Notes under the pieces: generated by a model
What the model was told of the DNA's origin: nothing
The model's input: the letters and a program-made list of their open reading frames with translations, nothing else
Databases searched by the model: none
Shown here: one piece after another, positions 28,291 through 38,601 of the stretch
How the letters are laid out: every line of letters starts with the position of its first letter
Position numbering within the stretch: the stretch's first letter is position 1
Source: Candidatus Cloacimonadota bacterium
GTDB lineage: Bacteria; Cloacimonadota; Cloacimonadia; Cloacimonadales; TCS61
Direction of reading: 5' to 3'
DNA length: 58,346 bases
NCBI GenBank assembly: GCA_018400535.1
Contig: JAGYMQ010000095.1
Location: 1-58,346 of the forward strand
Made by a program: the position numbers and the translations under genes

Positions 28291-29952
28291 ATGACAAAAA
28301 CTTTTGATGAACAAAAGAAATTATATCAGGAAGCTGTCGATAAAACAATTTCCCGCTTTCCTGAAAGAAAAAAGAAATTCGTCACCGGATCTGATAAAAA
28401 AGTAGAAAGAGTTTACACTCCAGAAAATTTGAATGATTATGATTATTCCCGCGATCTTGGCTTTCCAGGAATTTATCCTTACACGCGCGGAGTTCAACCC
28501 ACAATGTATCGTGGGAGATTTTGGACAATGCGCCAATATGCTGGTTTTGGAACTGCCAAAGAATCTAATGCACGCTATAAATTTTTATTGCAAAAAGGAC
28601 AGACTGGCTTGAGTATCGCATTTGATCTTCCCACTCAGATGGGCTATGACAGCGATCACATAATGAGCGAGGGCGAAGTGGGAAAAGTGGGCGTTGCGAT
28701 CGATTCGCTGGCTGATATGGAAATCCTATTCGATGGAATTCCGCTGGATAAAGTTTCCACTTCGATGACGATCAATGCTCCAGCTTCCGTTCTTCTGGCA
28801 ATGTATGTGGCAGTTGCAGAAAAGCAAGGTGTTTCCAAAGATAAATTGCGTGGAACTATCCAAAATGATATTTTGAAAGAATACATTGCCCGTGGAACTT
28901 ATATTTTCCCGCCGCAAGAATCGATGCGCATCATCACAGATATTTTTGAATATTGTTCTGCTGAAATTCCCCGTTGGAACACGATCTCAATTTCTGGCTA
29001 TCATATTCGCGAAGCTGGTTCGACAGCTGCTCAAGAAATTGCTTTCACAATCGCAGATGGCATTGCCTACGTGAAAGCAGCGATCGAAAGCGGATTGGAA
29101 ATAGATAAGTTTGCACCTCGACTATCATTCTTTTTCAATGCTCATAATGATCTTCTAGAAGAAGTTGCAAAATTCCGCTCAGCCAGATTGCTTTGGGCAA
29201 AGATCATGAAAGAAAAATTCGGAGCAAAAAATTCAAAATCGATGAAACTACGTTTCCACACGCAAACTGCCGGTTGCACTTTAACAGCTCAGCAACCAGA
29301 TAATAACATCGTGCGCGTTGCTATTCAAACTCTTGCTGCTGTGATGGGTGGAACACAAAGTCTTCATACAAATTCTCGCGACGAAGCACTGGCTCTTCCC
29401 ACCGAAGATTCTGTCCAGATCGCACTGCGCACACAGCAGATCGTTGCGCACGAAAGCGGCGTAGCAAATACTGTTGATCCTCTGGCAGGTTCCTATTTTG
29501 TAGAAAAATTGACTTCCGATATTGCAAAAGAAGCTCAAGAGATGATCGATAAAATCGAGAAAATGGGCGGAATGGTCAGCGCTATCGAAAAAGGATATGT
29601 TCAGCAACAGATTCAGAATGCAGCTTATGATTATCAAAAATCAATTGAGAATAATGAGCGTATCGTGGTTGGCGTGAACGAATTCAAAGCAGATGAAAAG
29701 ATAAAACCAGAGCTTTTGAAAGTTGATCCAAAAATTGGTGAAAATCAAAAGAAAAAATTACAAGAATTGAAGGCAAAACGAGATAACAAAACAGTTGAAA
29801 TAAAATTAGAAGCTATTCGTCACGCAGCAAAAAGCGATGAAAACTTGATGCCAAAAATTGTGGAAGCCGTAAAAGAATATGCCACTTTGGGAGAAATTTG
29901 CGGAATTCTGCGCGAAGAATTCGGTGAATATGAAGAGAATGTGATTTTATAA
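28291..29952 (+). CDS. mcmA: Methylmalonyl-CoA mutase, large (substrate-binding) subunit, split type
   Basis: [10 protein letters not shown] (Tyr), [12 protein letters not shown] (Arg), SGYHIREAG; no B12-binding DxH domain; start moved behind GGAG. Confidence 0.92.
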   Translation: MTKTFDEQKKLYQEAVDKTISRFPERKKKFVTGSDKKVERVYTPENLNDYDYSRDLGFPGIYPYTRGVQPTMYRGRFWTMRQYAGFGTAKESNARYKFLLQKGQTGLSIAFDLPTQMGYDSDHIMSEGEVGKVGVAIDSLADMEILFDGIPLDKVSTSMTINAPASVLLAMYVAVAEKQGVSKDKLRGTIQNDILKEYIARGTYIFPPQESMRIITDIFEYCSAEIPRWNTISISGYHIREAGSTAAQEIAFTIADGIAYVKAAIESGLEIDKFAPRLSFFFNAHNDLLEEVAKFRSARLLWAKIMKEKFGAKNSKSMKLRFHTQTAGCTLTAQQPDNNIVRVAIQTLAAVMGGTQSLHTNSRDEALALPTEDSVQIALRTQQIVAHESGVANTVDPLAGSYFVEKLTSDIAKEAQEMIDKIEKMGGMVSAIEKGYVQQQIQNAAYDYQKSIENNERIVVGVNEFKADEKIKPELLKVDPKIGENQKKKLQELKAKRDNKTVEIKLEAIRHAAKSDENLMPKIVEAVKEYATLGEICGILREEFGEYEENVIL

Positions 29953-29978
29953 AATTTTACTTTTCAATGATGATAAAA

Positions 29979-31040
29979 CTATGAAAGCAGTTTTTGCAAA
30001 ATTCTCTCACTCGCTTTGCCATTTCCGTAAAGATCAATAGAATAATCATTTTTCTTCTCTTTTATTTCGCTGAAAGCAAATAAAATCTTTCTGGTATCGC
30101 TTCCCACAACGCTGTTAAAGCCGTGATCAACCAATTCGATCCATTCGGTCTCATCGCGCAGCGTGATGCATTGTTTTTGGAAGAAAAAGGCTTCTTTTTG
30201 CAAACCACCACTATCGGTCATCACCAGCTCACAATTTTGCAAAAGGTAGATCATTTCAAGATAACCAACAGGCGAGATCAATTTCAGATTGGAAATTTTT
30301 TTGATTTCCTGAGGTAAGATTTTCCTGGTCCTGGGATGCAATGGTAAAATGATCGTGATCTTTTCTGCTATTTTTTGAAAAGCATTAAAGATATTATTAA
30401 GCTTTTGTGGATCATCTGTATTTTCGGCACGATGGATCGTTGCTAAAACAAATTTTTCTGGAATTTCAAACTCAGGTTTACACGAAAATTTACTATAAAA
30501 TATCGCTGCATCCTGCATTACATCGCCGCTTTTAAAGATCTCTGTTAGGTGATCACTACCTATTCCCTCATTTTGCAAATTCCTTACAGCAGAATCGGTG
30601 GGACAAAACAGCAGATCACTGATCTTATCGGTAAGGATCCGATTAATCTCTTCCGGCATTCTGCGATTGAAAGAACGTAATCCCGCTTCCACATGAGCAA
30701 CTTTGATATGCAGCTTTTTAGCAGCAAGAGCTCCTGCCAGGGTGGAATTCGTATCACCATAAACTACAACCCAATCCGGTCTTTCGGAAAGCAGAACTTT
30801 TTCGATCTTTTTCAACATTCTTGCCGTCATCGCACCATGAGAAAGACTGTTCACTTCCAGATTATAATCGGGTTCAGGAATTTTCATCTGCTGGAAAAAG
30901 ATCTCGCTCATATTAGCATCGAAATGCTGCCCGGTGTGAACGATCTTTTCTTCAATCTCCGGATATTTGGCAATTTCACGACTTACCGCCGCAGCTTTTA
31001 TGAACTGCGGGCGTGCGCCGATAATGTGAGTGATTAGCAT
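29979..31040 (-). CDS. wecB: Non-hydrolysing UDP-N-acetylglucosamine 2-epimerase (WecB/WbpI-like)
   Basis: GARPQFIK, HTGQH, YGDTNST, HVEAGLRS, MPEEINR, TDSGGLQKEA. Confidence 0.9.
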   Translation of the reverse strand: MLITHIIGARPQFIKAAAVSREIAKYPEIEEKIVHTGQHFDANMSEIFFQQMKIPEPDYNLEVNSLSHGAMTARMLKKIEKVLLSERPDWVVVYGDTNSTLAGALAAKKLHIKVAHVEAGLRSFNRRMPEEINRILTDKISDLLFCPTDSAVRNLQNEGIGSDHLTEIFKSGDVMQDAAIFYSKFSCKPEFEIPEKFVLATIHRAENTDDPQKLNNIFNAFQKIAEKITIILPLHPRTRKILPQEIKKISNLKLISPVGYLEMIYLLQNCELVMTDSGGLQKEAFFFQKQCITLRDETEWIELVDHGFNSVVGSDTRKILFAFSEIKEKKNDYSIDLYGNGKASERILQKLLS

Positions 31041-31048
31041 TTTTGCTC

Positions 31049-31765
31049 CTACTTTTTTACCAATTCTTGTAACGTTATAACTTCAAATTTATTATAATAT
31101 ATCCATTGCATAATTTCTCTAAACTCATCTGGTGGACAATTGCTTCCAAAGCCTTCGTCATCATGATATATTTTGTGAAAGCCCAATATAACCGCATATT
31201 CATTATTCTCAACAGCTCGAATTATTCTGGAGAAGATGATTTCTGGCGTAAATGAACTATCATAAGAAAAATATCCCAAATTCGTTCTGTCTATCGGGTA
31301 AAATTGCGGGATATCAATACTGCTGCGGATATTGTCATAATATTTTAAAATGATCGCTAAATGTTCTCCATTAGCAGCTCCAGAAGGTAAAGCAAATGAT
31401 TTTGGATTAAGATTATGTTCTTGCAAATTCAACAGATCTTGATGGATCTCAGATTCAACTTCCAGAAGAGAATAATCGGGCAAAAATGGATGGTTCACCG
31501 TATGACCTCCAATTTCCCAGTTATGTTGATTTGCCATTTCTTCGATCTGCTGCCAATTGCATTTTCCTTCCATTCCGATTTTACCACTATTGATAAAACT
31601 CGTAACTGGAAATCCAAATTCTTGTAATATTGCTAATGCGTGCGAGTATTGACTTTCATAAGCATCGTCGAACGTAATGACGATGTAAGGCTTTTGCTCA
31701 GTGAAAATAGTCGGTGAGCTGCAACCAATCATAATTACAAAAAACAGACTAAATATTTTTTTCAT
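31049..31765 (-). CDS. Lipoprotein polysaccharide deacetylase (CE4/NodB)
   Basis: Start at 31765 gives a lipobox MIG-C; ITFDD, EIGGHTVNH, FALPSG, ILGFH. Confidence 0.82.
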   Translation of the reverse strand: MKKIFSLFFVIMIGCSSPTIFTEQKPYIVITFDDAYESQYSHALAILQEFGFPVTSFINSGKIGMEGKCNWQQIEEMANQHNWEIGGHTVNHPFLPDYSLLEVESEIHQDLLNLQEHNLNPKSFALPSGAANGEHLAIILKYYDNIRSSIDIPQFYPIDRTNLGYFSYDSSFTPEIIFSRIIRAVENNEYAVILGFHKIYHDDEGFGSNCPPDEFREIMQWIYYNKFEVITLQELVKK

Positions 31766-32780
31766 AGGAAAAATTGACCTGCAAGCCGATTTCATAATAA
31801 TTATCATCAAAATCTGGTGTAAATAAACTGGCATTAATTCCCATCATAAAATGCTTTGAGAAAGGATAGAGATGCAAAAAGGAATATTCGATATTCAGAT
31901 AATCGCTAGAAAATTCTTCAATTTTGTTATAGCGATAAAAAAAGTAATTTTCCAACGATGCGAGCTTGAACTTCAAAAAGCTTTGGGACTGAGAATTCTG
32001 TTTTTGCGAAAGCTCAAAACTTTCTAAAAATAAATTTGAACCAAATTCAAAATATTGGATAGGCCGAACTATGATCTCCCACAAAGTTTTGATCTTATCA
32101 CCCTTTTCACGATTTGGCAGATATTGATAAACAAAACTCTGATAAAAAGTAAGATATGGAATTTCGAATTTTGTTTCTATTCCAAAAGAATGATTTTTTG
32201 TATTGTATTCTTCGTTTCTCCCCACGAATAAATAATAGATTTTTGCCTTTAAATTTTTATGTTTCCAATTTAATTCCAGATTTCCGATCAAATAGTGGAA
32301 ACTGTTGCCAGCGAGTAAGCCTTTGACAGCATATTTTTTCTTATGGAAAATAATTTCTCCGCCATTGAACTGATAATTCTCGATCACGCCCAGATCGTAA
32401 AACCGATCCTTCACTTGCAAAGCGTAGATTTGCGATTCTGCTCCATATTTTAAATCATCATATTTTGCAGAAAAGATGAAATCGGAAATTTCATAACTGA
32501 CACCCAGCCTGTTCAATAAAATTTCTCTCGCATAGAATTTGTCATTATAAGTAAGATCAAACCAAAATTTGCTATTCTGTCTCAGACGATATTTCCAACC
32601 AGCAAAAAAGACATTTCTATCAAAATAATTCGTAGTTTTGTATTCACGGTCGGGAAAGTGATCGAAACCAATAAACGAATTCAGTTGGAAATAGAAATTA
32701 TCCCGATCAAACATTTCCAGAGCAAAGGATTTTGTCAGAATAAAGAAAAATATTAGGAATAGGATTCTATTTCTTTTCAA
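31749..32780 (-). CDS. Putative outer-membrane beta-barrel protein
   Basis: TTG start behind GGAG gives a signal peptide; alternating aromatic strands; C-terminal GLQVNFSY. Confidence 0.6.
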   Translation of the reverse strand: MKRNRILFLIFFFILTKSFALEMFDRDNFYFQLNSFIGFDHFPDREYKTTNYFDRNVFFAGWKYRLRQNSKFWFDLTYNDKFYAREILLNRLGVSYEISDFIFSAKYDDLKYGAESQIYALQVKDRFYDLGVIENYQFNGGEIIFHKKKYAVKGLLAGNSFHYLIGNLELNWKHKNLKAKIYYLFVGRNEEYNTKNHSFGIETKFEIPYLTFYQSFVYQYLPNREKGDKIKTLWEIIVRPIQYFEFGSNLFLESFELSQKQNSQSQSFLKFKLASLENYFFYRYNKIEEFSSDYLNIEYSFLHLYPFSKHFMMGINASLFTPDFDDNYYEIGLQVNFSYEKNI

Positions 32781-33993
32781 CGAGAATCTCCAAAATTGAT
32801 AAAAGTTGCGTGGCAAGTTTGTTACGATTAAAATTTTTTGACACGAATTTTCTGCCATTATTTTGATACTTTTCCATCTGCTCTGGATTATTTTTTAGAA
32901 CAAGAATTTTTTCGGTCAGATCCTCTGCACTATCCGGTTCAAAACTAATTCCAGCTTCTGCTTCCTGCAAAATTTCTTTTGCTTCTCCTTTCACACCTAA
33001 AAGAATCGGTAAACTTGCCGACATATAATCAAATAACTTGGATGGGATCGTAGTTTCAAAGACTTTTATATTACGTAATGGAATAACACCACAATCCGCT
33101 ATGGAAAAGTATTTATTCACTTCTACTTTAGGAATTTCTCCCACAAAATGTACATTATTAATTTTTTCTCTTTTTTTATGATCAAGAAGTTTCTGCTTTT
33201 CTGGTCCTGATCCAAGAAATAGAAAGCCAATTTTTTCCATTTCCAGTTTTTTAGCAGCTTGCAGAATTGTTTTCAAATTTTGCGCAAGTCCTAAGTTTCC
33301 AGCATAGACAACCAAAAAATTATAACTTTTTTTATATTTGGATAATAATTCAGGCTGCGGGTTAATCTTCTGATAACTAAGATCGCTGCCATTGCGGATA
33401 ACTTTTATCTTTTCCTTTGGAATTCCCTTTTTAATTATCCTTTGTTTGAATCTTTGTGTTACAGCAATTATCAAATTGGAATTGTTATAAAGCGCTTTTT
33501 CCAGTTTATGACTGAAATGGATTATTTTTGGATTATTCAATTCACCCATCTCGATAGCTGCATCAGGCCAAAGGTCTCGCACTTCGAAAACAAATTTAAT
33601 ATTGGGGTATATCTTTTTCAGCCACAAACCAATTTTTCCCACAAATAATGGTGGTGAAGTCACGTAAACTAGATCAAAATTTTTCCAGTTGAAAACCGTA
33701 TGAAGCGTTCCCAATAGCATAAATGAGCCATAAAAGAACAAACGCGTGATACTTGATTTTTTGGGATTAGTATAAACCCAAACTCTGTGAATGTGGAAAT
33801 TCTCCATTTTTTCTTTGATAAATAATTTTCTTTTATAATCTTCAAAAATTATACCGCGTGGATGATTCGGCATTTCTGTAAGAACAGTGACATCGTGCCC
33901 ATTTTCCGCAAAATTACGTACATTCGCCAGCGCTCGGTTTGTAGTTGCTCCAATTTCTGGATAAAAATACTGGGTGATGTAAAGGATTTTCAT
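32767..33993 (-). CDS. GT4 glycosyltransferase, WbuB-like
   Basis: TQYFYPE, PNHPRG, TSPP, EVRDLWPD, YAGNLG, PSKLFDYM. Confidence 0.9.
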   Translation of the reverse strand: MKILYITQYFYPEIGATTNRALANVRNFAENGHDVTVLTEMPNHPRGIIFEDYKRKLFIKEKMENFHIHRVWVYTNPKKSSITRLFFYGSFMLLGTLHTVFNWKNFDLVYVTSPPLFVGKIGLWLKKIYPNIKFVFEVRDLWPDAAIEMGELNNPKIIHFSHKLEKALYNNSNLIIAVTQRFKQRIIKKGIPKEKIKVIRNGSDLSYQKINPQPELLSKYKKSYNFLVVYAGNLGLAQNLKTILQAAKKLEMEKIGFLFLGSGPEKQKLLDHKKREKINNVHFVGEIPKVEVNKYFSIADCGVIPLRNIKVFETTIPSKLFDYMSASLPILLGVKGEAKEILQEAEAGISFEPDSAEDLTEKILVLKNNPEQMEKYQNNGRKFVSKNFNRNKLATQLLSILEILVEKK

Positions 33994-33995
33994 CC

Positions 33996-35393
33996 TCAGG
34001 TTTTCCTCAAGATTTTAATCAATTTAATTTCAAAAGGTTGCAATTCGATAATTTTTTCATTTTTAGTATTGCCAATTTTTTGGTTGATCAACTGATATTC
34101 TCCATCAAGATAGACTTCAAAAAGGTCTAATGTATTATTAACATTGACTTTGAGTGGAAAAGATATTTCATTTTTAGAAGTATTTGAGATTATTAGAAAT
34201 ATAGTGTTTTTGTAGTCATAAGCGGTATAATCCACATCCCACAGAAGCTTACCAAAATGATCATTTTTGTCATCATTAATTTTTAAAACGTCATTATCAA
34301 TCAAATCAGGATAGTGGTAACCTTCCAAAATAGCTTTCTGAAAATCACTTTTACGAAATTCCCAAATTATTCGTTTTAGATTTTGGTAGGATGTTTTATT
34401 TATGCGATAATGACAATAAATATTAATGCCTTTTGCACCGCAAACAATGCTATCGTAAAACATAAAACGATGTTCTTTGTAAGTCGGATAGCGCGCTGTC
34501 GTTGAGCCTAATTTGATGTTTTTATGATAAGCCTGCAGAGTAACGCCATATTTTTTCTCTGAATAATGCTCTCTATTATAATCTAAAATATATTTTTTGC
34601 CGACCACGGCGTTGAAATGAAATTCCGAAAGGCGATAAAATTCTGGCATAAATTCTTCCAGATCAGTGTATATATCAGATTTTTTATGTAATGGATAGAT
34701 TTGCGGAGTGAGAATATCTACAAAATTGATCAAATAGGGATAGCGTTTTACGTAATCTCCCACAATACAAGCAGATAATTTTAGCTTATCAGATTTTTCC
34801 TGAAGAACATCATAAGCCTGCTTGGTGTTCGCATAATTCCAATTATCTTTTTGGACATCATCATTAAAATACCAGTGTACACGATCATTATCAATATATT
34901 TTTGGAAATGAACAGGAAAAACATTCAGCGGAATTATCTCCGAATCATAAATGTCATAAGTTCTTAAGAAAAACTCCAGCGGGAAATCATTGATAATCCT
35001 CTCAGCATTTTTGTTATGAACATAGTTATGCGGTTTCAGATAAAAAACAATTCCTGTAGCAACCTTATCATTATATAATTGAGAAACACGATTATACGGA
35101 TCTTTCACTTCAAATTCATCATAAGCCAATTCCAGTTGTGGAGCATAAGGTGGCCAATAGGTTTTAGCAAAATTTTCACCTTTTTGAGAAGAACCTTCAT
35201 ACCAATTTATCATGAAATATTTTTCGCCGTGACGAGTAAATTCGGAATTGGATTTACTGATAATAACAGGAGTATCTTCCAAGAGAAAAGAGGCGCGTAG
35301 AGAATCCAAATCTAACGATAACAATAAAAATATTATTAACGATATAAAATTTTTAAAACTAATCAAACTTGATAAATTCATTGATTTTTTCAT
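33996..35393 (-). CDS. Hypothetical exported protein, possible TIM-barrel glycoside hydrolase
   Basis: N-terminal hydrophobic segment; DILTPQIYP, LQAY...YPT..E.RFM.Y.SIV.GAKGI pattern; beta-rich tail LQPFEIKLI; start uncertain. Confidence 0.5.
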   Translation of the reverse strand: MKKSMNLSSLISFKNFISLIIFLLLSLDLDSLRASFLLEDTPVIISKSNSEFTRHGEKYFMINWYEGSSQKGENFAKTYWPPYAPQLELAYDEFEVKDPYNRVSQLYNDKVATGIVFYLKPHNYVHNKNAERIINDFPLEFFLRTYDIYDSEIIPLNVFPVHFQKYIDNDRVHWYFNDDVQKDNWNYANTKQAYDVLQEKSDKLKLSACIVGDYVKRYPYLINFVDILTPQIYPLHKKSDIYTDLEEFMPEFYRLSEFHFNAVVGKKYILDYNREHYSEKKYGVTLQAYHKNIKLGSTTARYPTYKEHRFMFYDSIVCGAKGINIYCHYRINKTSYQNLKRIIWEFRKSDFQKAILEGYHYPDLIDNDVLKINDDKNDHFGKLLWDVDYTAYDYKNTIFLIISNTSKNEISFPLKVNVNNTLDLFEVYLDGEYQLINQKIGNTKNEKIIELQPFEIKLIKILRKT

Positions 35394-36381
35394 AAACTTC
35401 CATTACTGATAATTGTTTCAAACATTTAATATTACAATCTTTTTCCGGATATAAGCATGGCTGACAGGATAAATTCTTTTTAATAATATGCACCTTGTTA
35501 GAATAGGGAGCTGTTTTTCTTTCATCACCTGGACCAAAGATCGTGAAAATTTCTGTATCAAAGGCAGATGCAATGTGGCCTAACCCTGAATCAGAATTGA
35601 GAAAAAAATCAGCTTTTTTAATTATTGCTGCAATGTTCTCTAAAGGTTCATTTTTGACTATAAGTGAATTCGTTTTCCGAGCTATTCTTTCTGATTCTTT
35701 TAATTCATCAGGACCAGCTGCTATTATTATCTTGTTCTTAGGATGATCAGCTTTTATTCTCTTTATTAAATTGATGAATTTTTCATTTTCCCATCTACGA
35801 TGTTTACCTTTTGAACTAGTTCCCACATGAACTACCATTTTTCTAAAATCAATTAGATTGTTTTTCTCAATAAAATCTTCAGCAAAGAGTTCAGCTTCCT
35901 GAGATAAGTTCAGAGATATCTTTATCTCTTTCAAATAGTATTTTTTTTTCGTAACCAAACTCCATAAATTCATATTTACTTTTACGCGATGTAACGAACG
36001 TTCAAATTTATTTTGTTTTGTATATAATATTGGGATTTCTTTTTTTAAATATTCTCCAACTCGTTCTTTCGCTCCAACGAGATAGGAAAAAAAAGCAAGC
36101 TTGATCGGCTTGCTTGCAAAGCTGATCGAAGTTACGATAGAAACATCATATCTTTTTCTTCTCAAACTTTGGATTATCTTAAAAAGATTCCTTATCTCAT
36201 AATTTGAATAAAATATTTTATTAATGAAATGAGGGTTTGTTATAGGAAATTTTGCAGCAGAATTAGTATAAAACAGATCAATCTTTGCATTTGGAAAATC
36301 ATGATAAACTTGGTTTAACATCGGCAATGCCATGATCATATCACCCATCCCAAAAGTATGAATGATCAATATTTTTTTCAT
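35359..36381 (-). CDS. GT9 (heptosyltransferase-like) glycosyltransferase
   Basis: GMGDMIMALP, RRW, NSDSGLGHIA, IFGP, CQPC. Confidence 0.88.
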   Translation of the reverse strand: MKKILIIHTFGMGDMIMALPMLNQVYHDFPNAKIDLFYTNSAAKFPITNPHFINKIFYSNYEIRNLFKIIQSLRRKRYDVSIVTSISFASKPIKLAFFSYLVGAKERVGEYLKKEIPILYTKQNKFERSLHRVKVNMNLWSLVTKKKYYLKEIKISLNLSQEAELFAEDFIEKNNLIDFRKMVVHVGTSSKGKHRRWENEKFINLIKRIKADHPKNKIIIAAGPDELKESERIARKTNSLIVKNEPLENIAAIIKKADFFLNSDSGLGHIASAFDTEIFTIFGPGDERKTAPYSNKVHIIKKNLSCQPCLYPEKDCNIKCLKQLSVMEVYEKINEFIKFD

Positions 36382-37325
36382 TTTATTCTACTCCATATTT
36401 TCATGACTAAGGCTTTTATTCGAAAAAAAGCATTCTTTTGATAATTTTGCCATTTATTTGCATAGTCATTAAAAATTTTTTTCCCTGTTAATTCATGCAA
36501 AATCTTTAACTGCTTTATATGAAGGTTATGATAAAAATAACTAGCGATAAAATTATGTTCTGACCACAGATCATACCAACTCCAAAAACCAATATCCCAT
36601 TTTTTTAGATTTTCACTCAAATTTTGAATATGAAGCTGAAACAATTCTTCATATTTATCATCGACCTGCATAAGATCATATATTGACCAGATTGCAGATA
36701 TATACCCATTTAGGACAGATGAAGGTTTAGTAGTTGTGTATTCTTCCAGACAGATAAAATCTTTTTGGTTAGAAAAAACACCGCCCTTATCAATCGAAAC
36801 TCCAAAAGATAATGATGCCTTACGAGCACTTTCCAAATATTGTTCTTTCTGGGTTTCAAGATAAGCACGAGTGAGTGCAGAAATCCCAAACGCTTGCCCT
36901 AATGCTGATGACCAATTTCCATACAAACCAAAAAGGCGAACTGGAAATTTATTAATCCAAACACCATTACATTGCTTATATGTTTTTTGGTTCTTTACTA
37001 ACCAATTACAATGTGATAAAAATTCTTTCATCCATCTTTCGGAAACTGATTTTATAAACACTTCATAAGCACCCAATGCATATTGACCAATTTCTATTGC
37101 ATTATAATAATACTTATCGTCTTCACCTCTATATAAGATAATATCATTGATATCTTTTGCTCCACTAAACCAAGTTGCTTTCTTCGAAATATCCCAGAAA
37201 TAATTGTTCCCATTATATTTATTCATAGTAATTGGATAATCAATATGCCAATAATCTTCATTTCTAAAACCAAAGTACATTAGAATTGTTTTAAAGTTTC
37301 TAGCTGATTTATCTGCTCTTATCAT
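36378..37325 (-). CDS. D-glucuronyl C5-epimerase family protein (C5-epim_C)
   Basis: IGQYALG, WSSALGQ...S.L.RAY, LEEY...VLNG, WYDL, YH.LH..QL; the three Tyr-bearing active-site motifs of GLCE are present. Confidence 0.85.
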   Translation of the reverse strand: MIRADKSARNFKTILMYFGFRNEDYWHIDYPITMNKYNGNNYFWDISKKATWFSGAKDINDIILYRGEDDKYYYNAIEIGQYALGAYEVFIKSVSERWMKEFLSHCNWLVKNQKTYKQCNGVWINKFPVRLFGLYGNWSSALGQAFGISALTRAYLETQKEQYLESARKASLSFGVSIDKGGVFSNQKDFICLEEYTTTKPSSVLNGYISAIWSIYDLMQVDDKYEELFQLHIQNLSENLKKWDIGFWSWYDLWSEHNFIASYFYHNLHIKQLKILHELTGKKIFNDYANKWQNYQKNAFFRIKALVMKIWSRIK

Positions 37326-37326
37326 T

Positions 37327-38601
37327 TTAAGATTCCAAAGAATATATTATATTTGACAAACTTTTTGTTAAAATAATTTGATTATATTTATTGATTTCAT
37401 TATAATTAATATTTTTTTCAAAATCTTCTTTTTTTATTTTTACAAGTTGATTTATTGTATGCGAAATGTCCTCTAATGAATCATTTTCACAGACCAGTCC
37501 TAATTTAGCTTTTTTTAATAAGATAGACACTTCTGACATTTCTGTATTTATTGATATGATAGGTTTTTTAAATTGAGCATATTCAAAAATTTTAATAGAA
37601 ATGGTATCAATAATTTTTCGGGGAAAGTAAAAATGTAAAAAGGCATCAGCTTCACTTTCTAAATTTATTAACAAATCTCTTTTAATAAAACCTTGAATTT
37701 TAACAAAATCTATATTATTTTCCTCAATCCATTTTTTAGTTTCCTTGTTAACGCTTCCACAAACAATAAGTTCAATTTTAACATTTTTTTTGTCTTCTAA
37801 AAAATTTTTAACACCTAATAAAACATTTTTAGGGTTATAAGCTATATCATTGATGTTAAATTTTCCAGCATATAATATTTTAAAGATATCCCCATTGTTA
37901 AATTTTAAACTAATATTTTTGTAATCATTAGGATCAAAACCATTATAAATTACTTTAGAATTAACAAAATCATATCTTGCTTTGATATCATTTATTATTG
38001 TTGAAGTTGTCGAAATCAAATAATCAATATTATTTAGCACAAATTTTTCCATCCACTTATTATTAATCTTTCTTATTCTACTTTGATTATTTTGATATGA
38101 ATCATTTAACCATGAATCCCTATAATCTACAATAACTTTTACGTTTGTAATTTTTTTTAGAATAACTCCTAAAATAAATAATGAGAATGGAGCTCCAGTT
38201 ATTACAATAGTTTTTGTTTCAAATTTTCTTATTACTTTGACAATTTTCCAAAACCATCTTATACACCATGTAATTTGGATATCGGGTGAAAAAAAAATAT
38301 CTTTGATAATTTTTAATACTCTTGATAAAATAAATTTGTTATTTGAAGTAACTTTATAAAACTTTGAAGAATTTTGCCTTTCCTGGGAATCCTTAAAAAA
38401 GCTCTTTAACCTGATGATTTCAGCTTCTTCTGGGATTTCATCAAATAATTTTTCGTTCCAATGATGCCTACCTTGATCTGCAGTTACAACAATTGGCTTT
38501 AATTTATATTTTGGTAGATATTTAATAAACCGCATTGCTCTAAATGTTCCGGTAACATTATATGGAACATAGCTGAATGTTATAAAAAGAATTTTTTTCA
38601 T
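37327..38601 (-). CDS. GT4-like glycosyltransferase
   Basis: R...F.KYL, W, ITGAPFS, VDYRDSW, NGFD, YAG, KIFEY. Confidence 0.82.
   Translation of the reverse strand: MKKILFITFSYVPYNVTGTFRAMRFIKYLPKYKLKPIVVTADQGRHHWNEKLFDEIPEEAEIIRLKSFFKDSQERQNSSKFYKVTSNNKFILSRVLKIIKDIFFSPDIQITWCIRWFWKIVKVIRKFETKTIVITGAPFSLFILGVILKKITNVKVIVDYRDSWLNDSYQNNQSRIRKINNKWMEKFVLNNIDYLISTTSTIINDIKARYDFVNSKVIYNGFDPNDYKNISLKFNNGDIFKILYAGKFNINDIAYNPKNVLLGVKNFLEDKKNVKIELIVCGSVNKETKKWIEENNIDFVKIQGFIKRDLLINLESEADAFLHFYFPRKIIDTISIKIFEYAQFKKPIISINTEMSEVSILLKKAKLGLVCENDSLEDISHTINQLVKIKKEDFEKNINYNEINKYNQIILTKSLSNIIYSLES

Noticed and set aside
28291-29952. Isobutyryl-CoA or 2-hydroxyisobutyryl-CoA mutase
   Set aside because: The specificity positions are Tyr (RQYAG) and Arg (YIARG), typical of methylmalonyl-CoA mutase.
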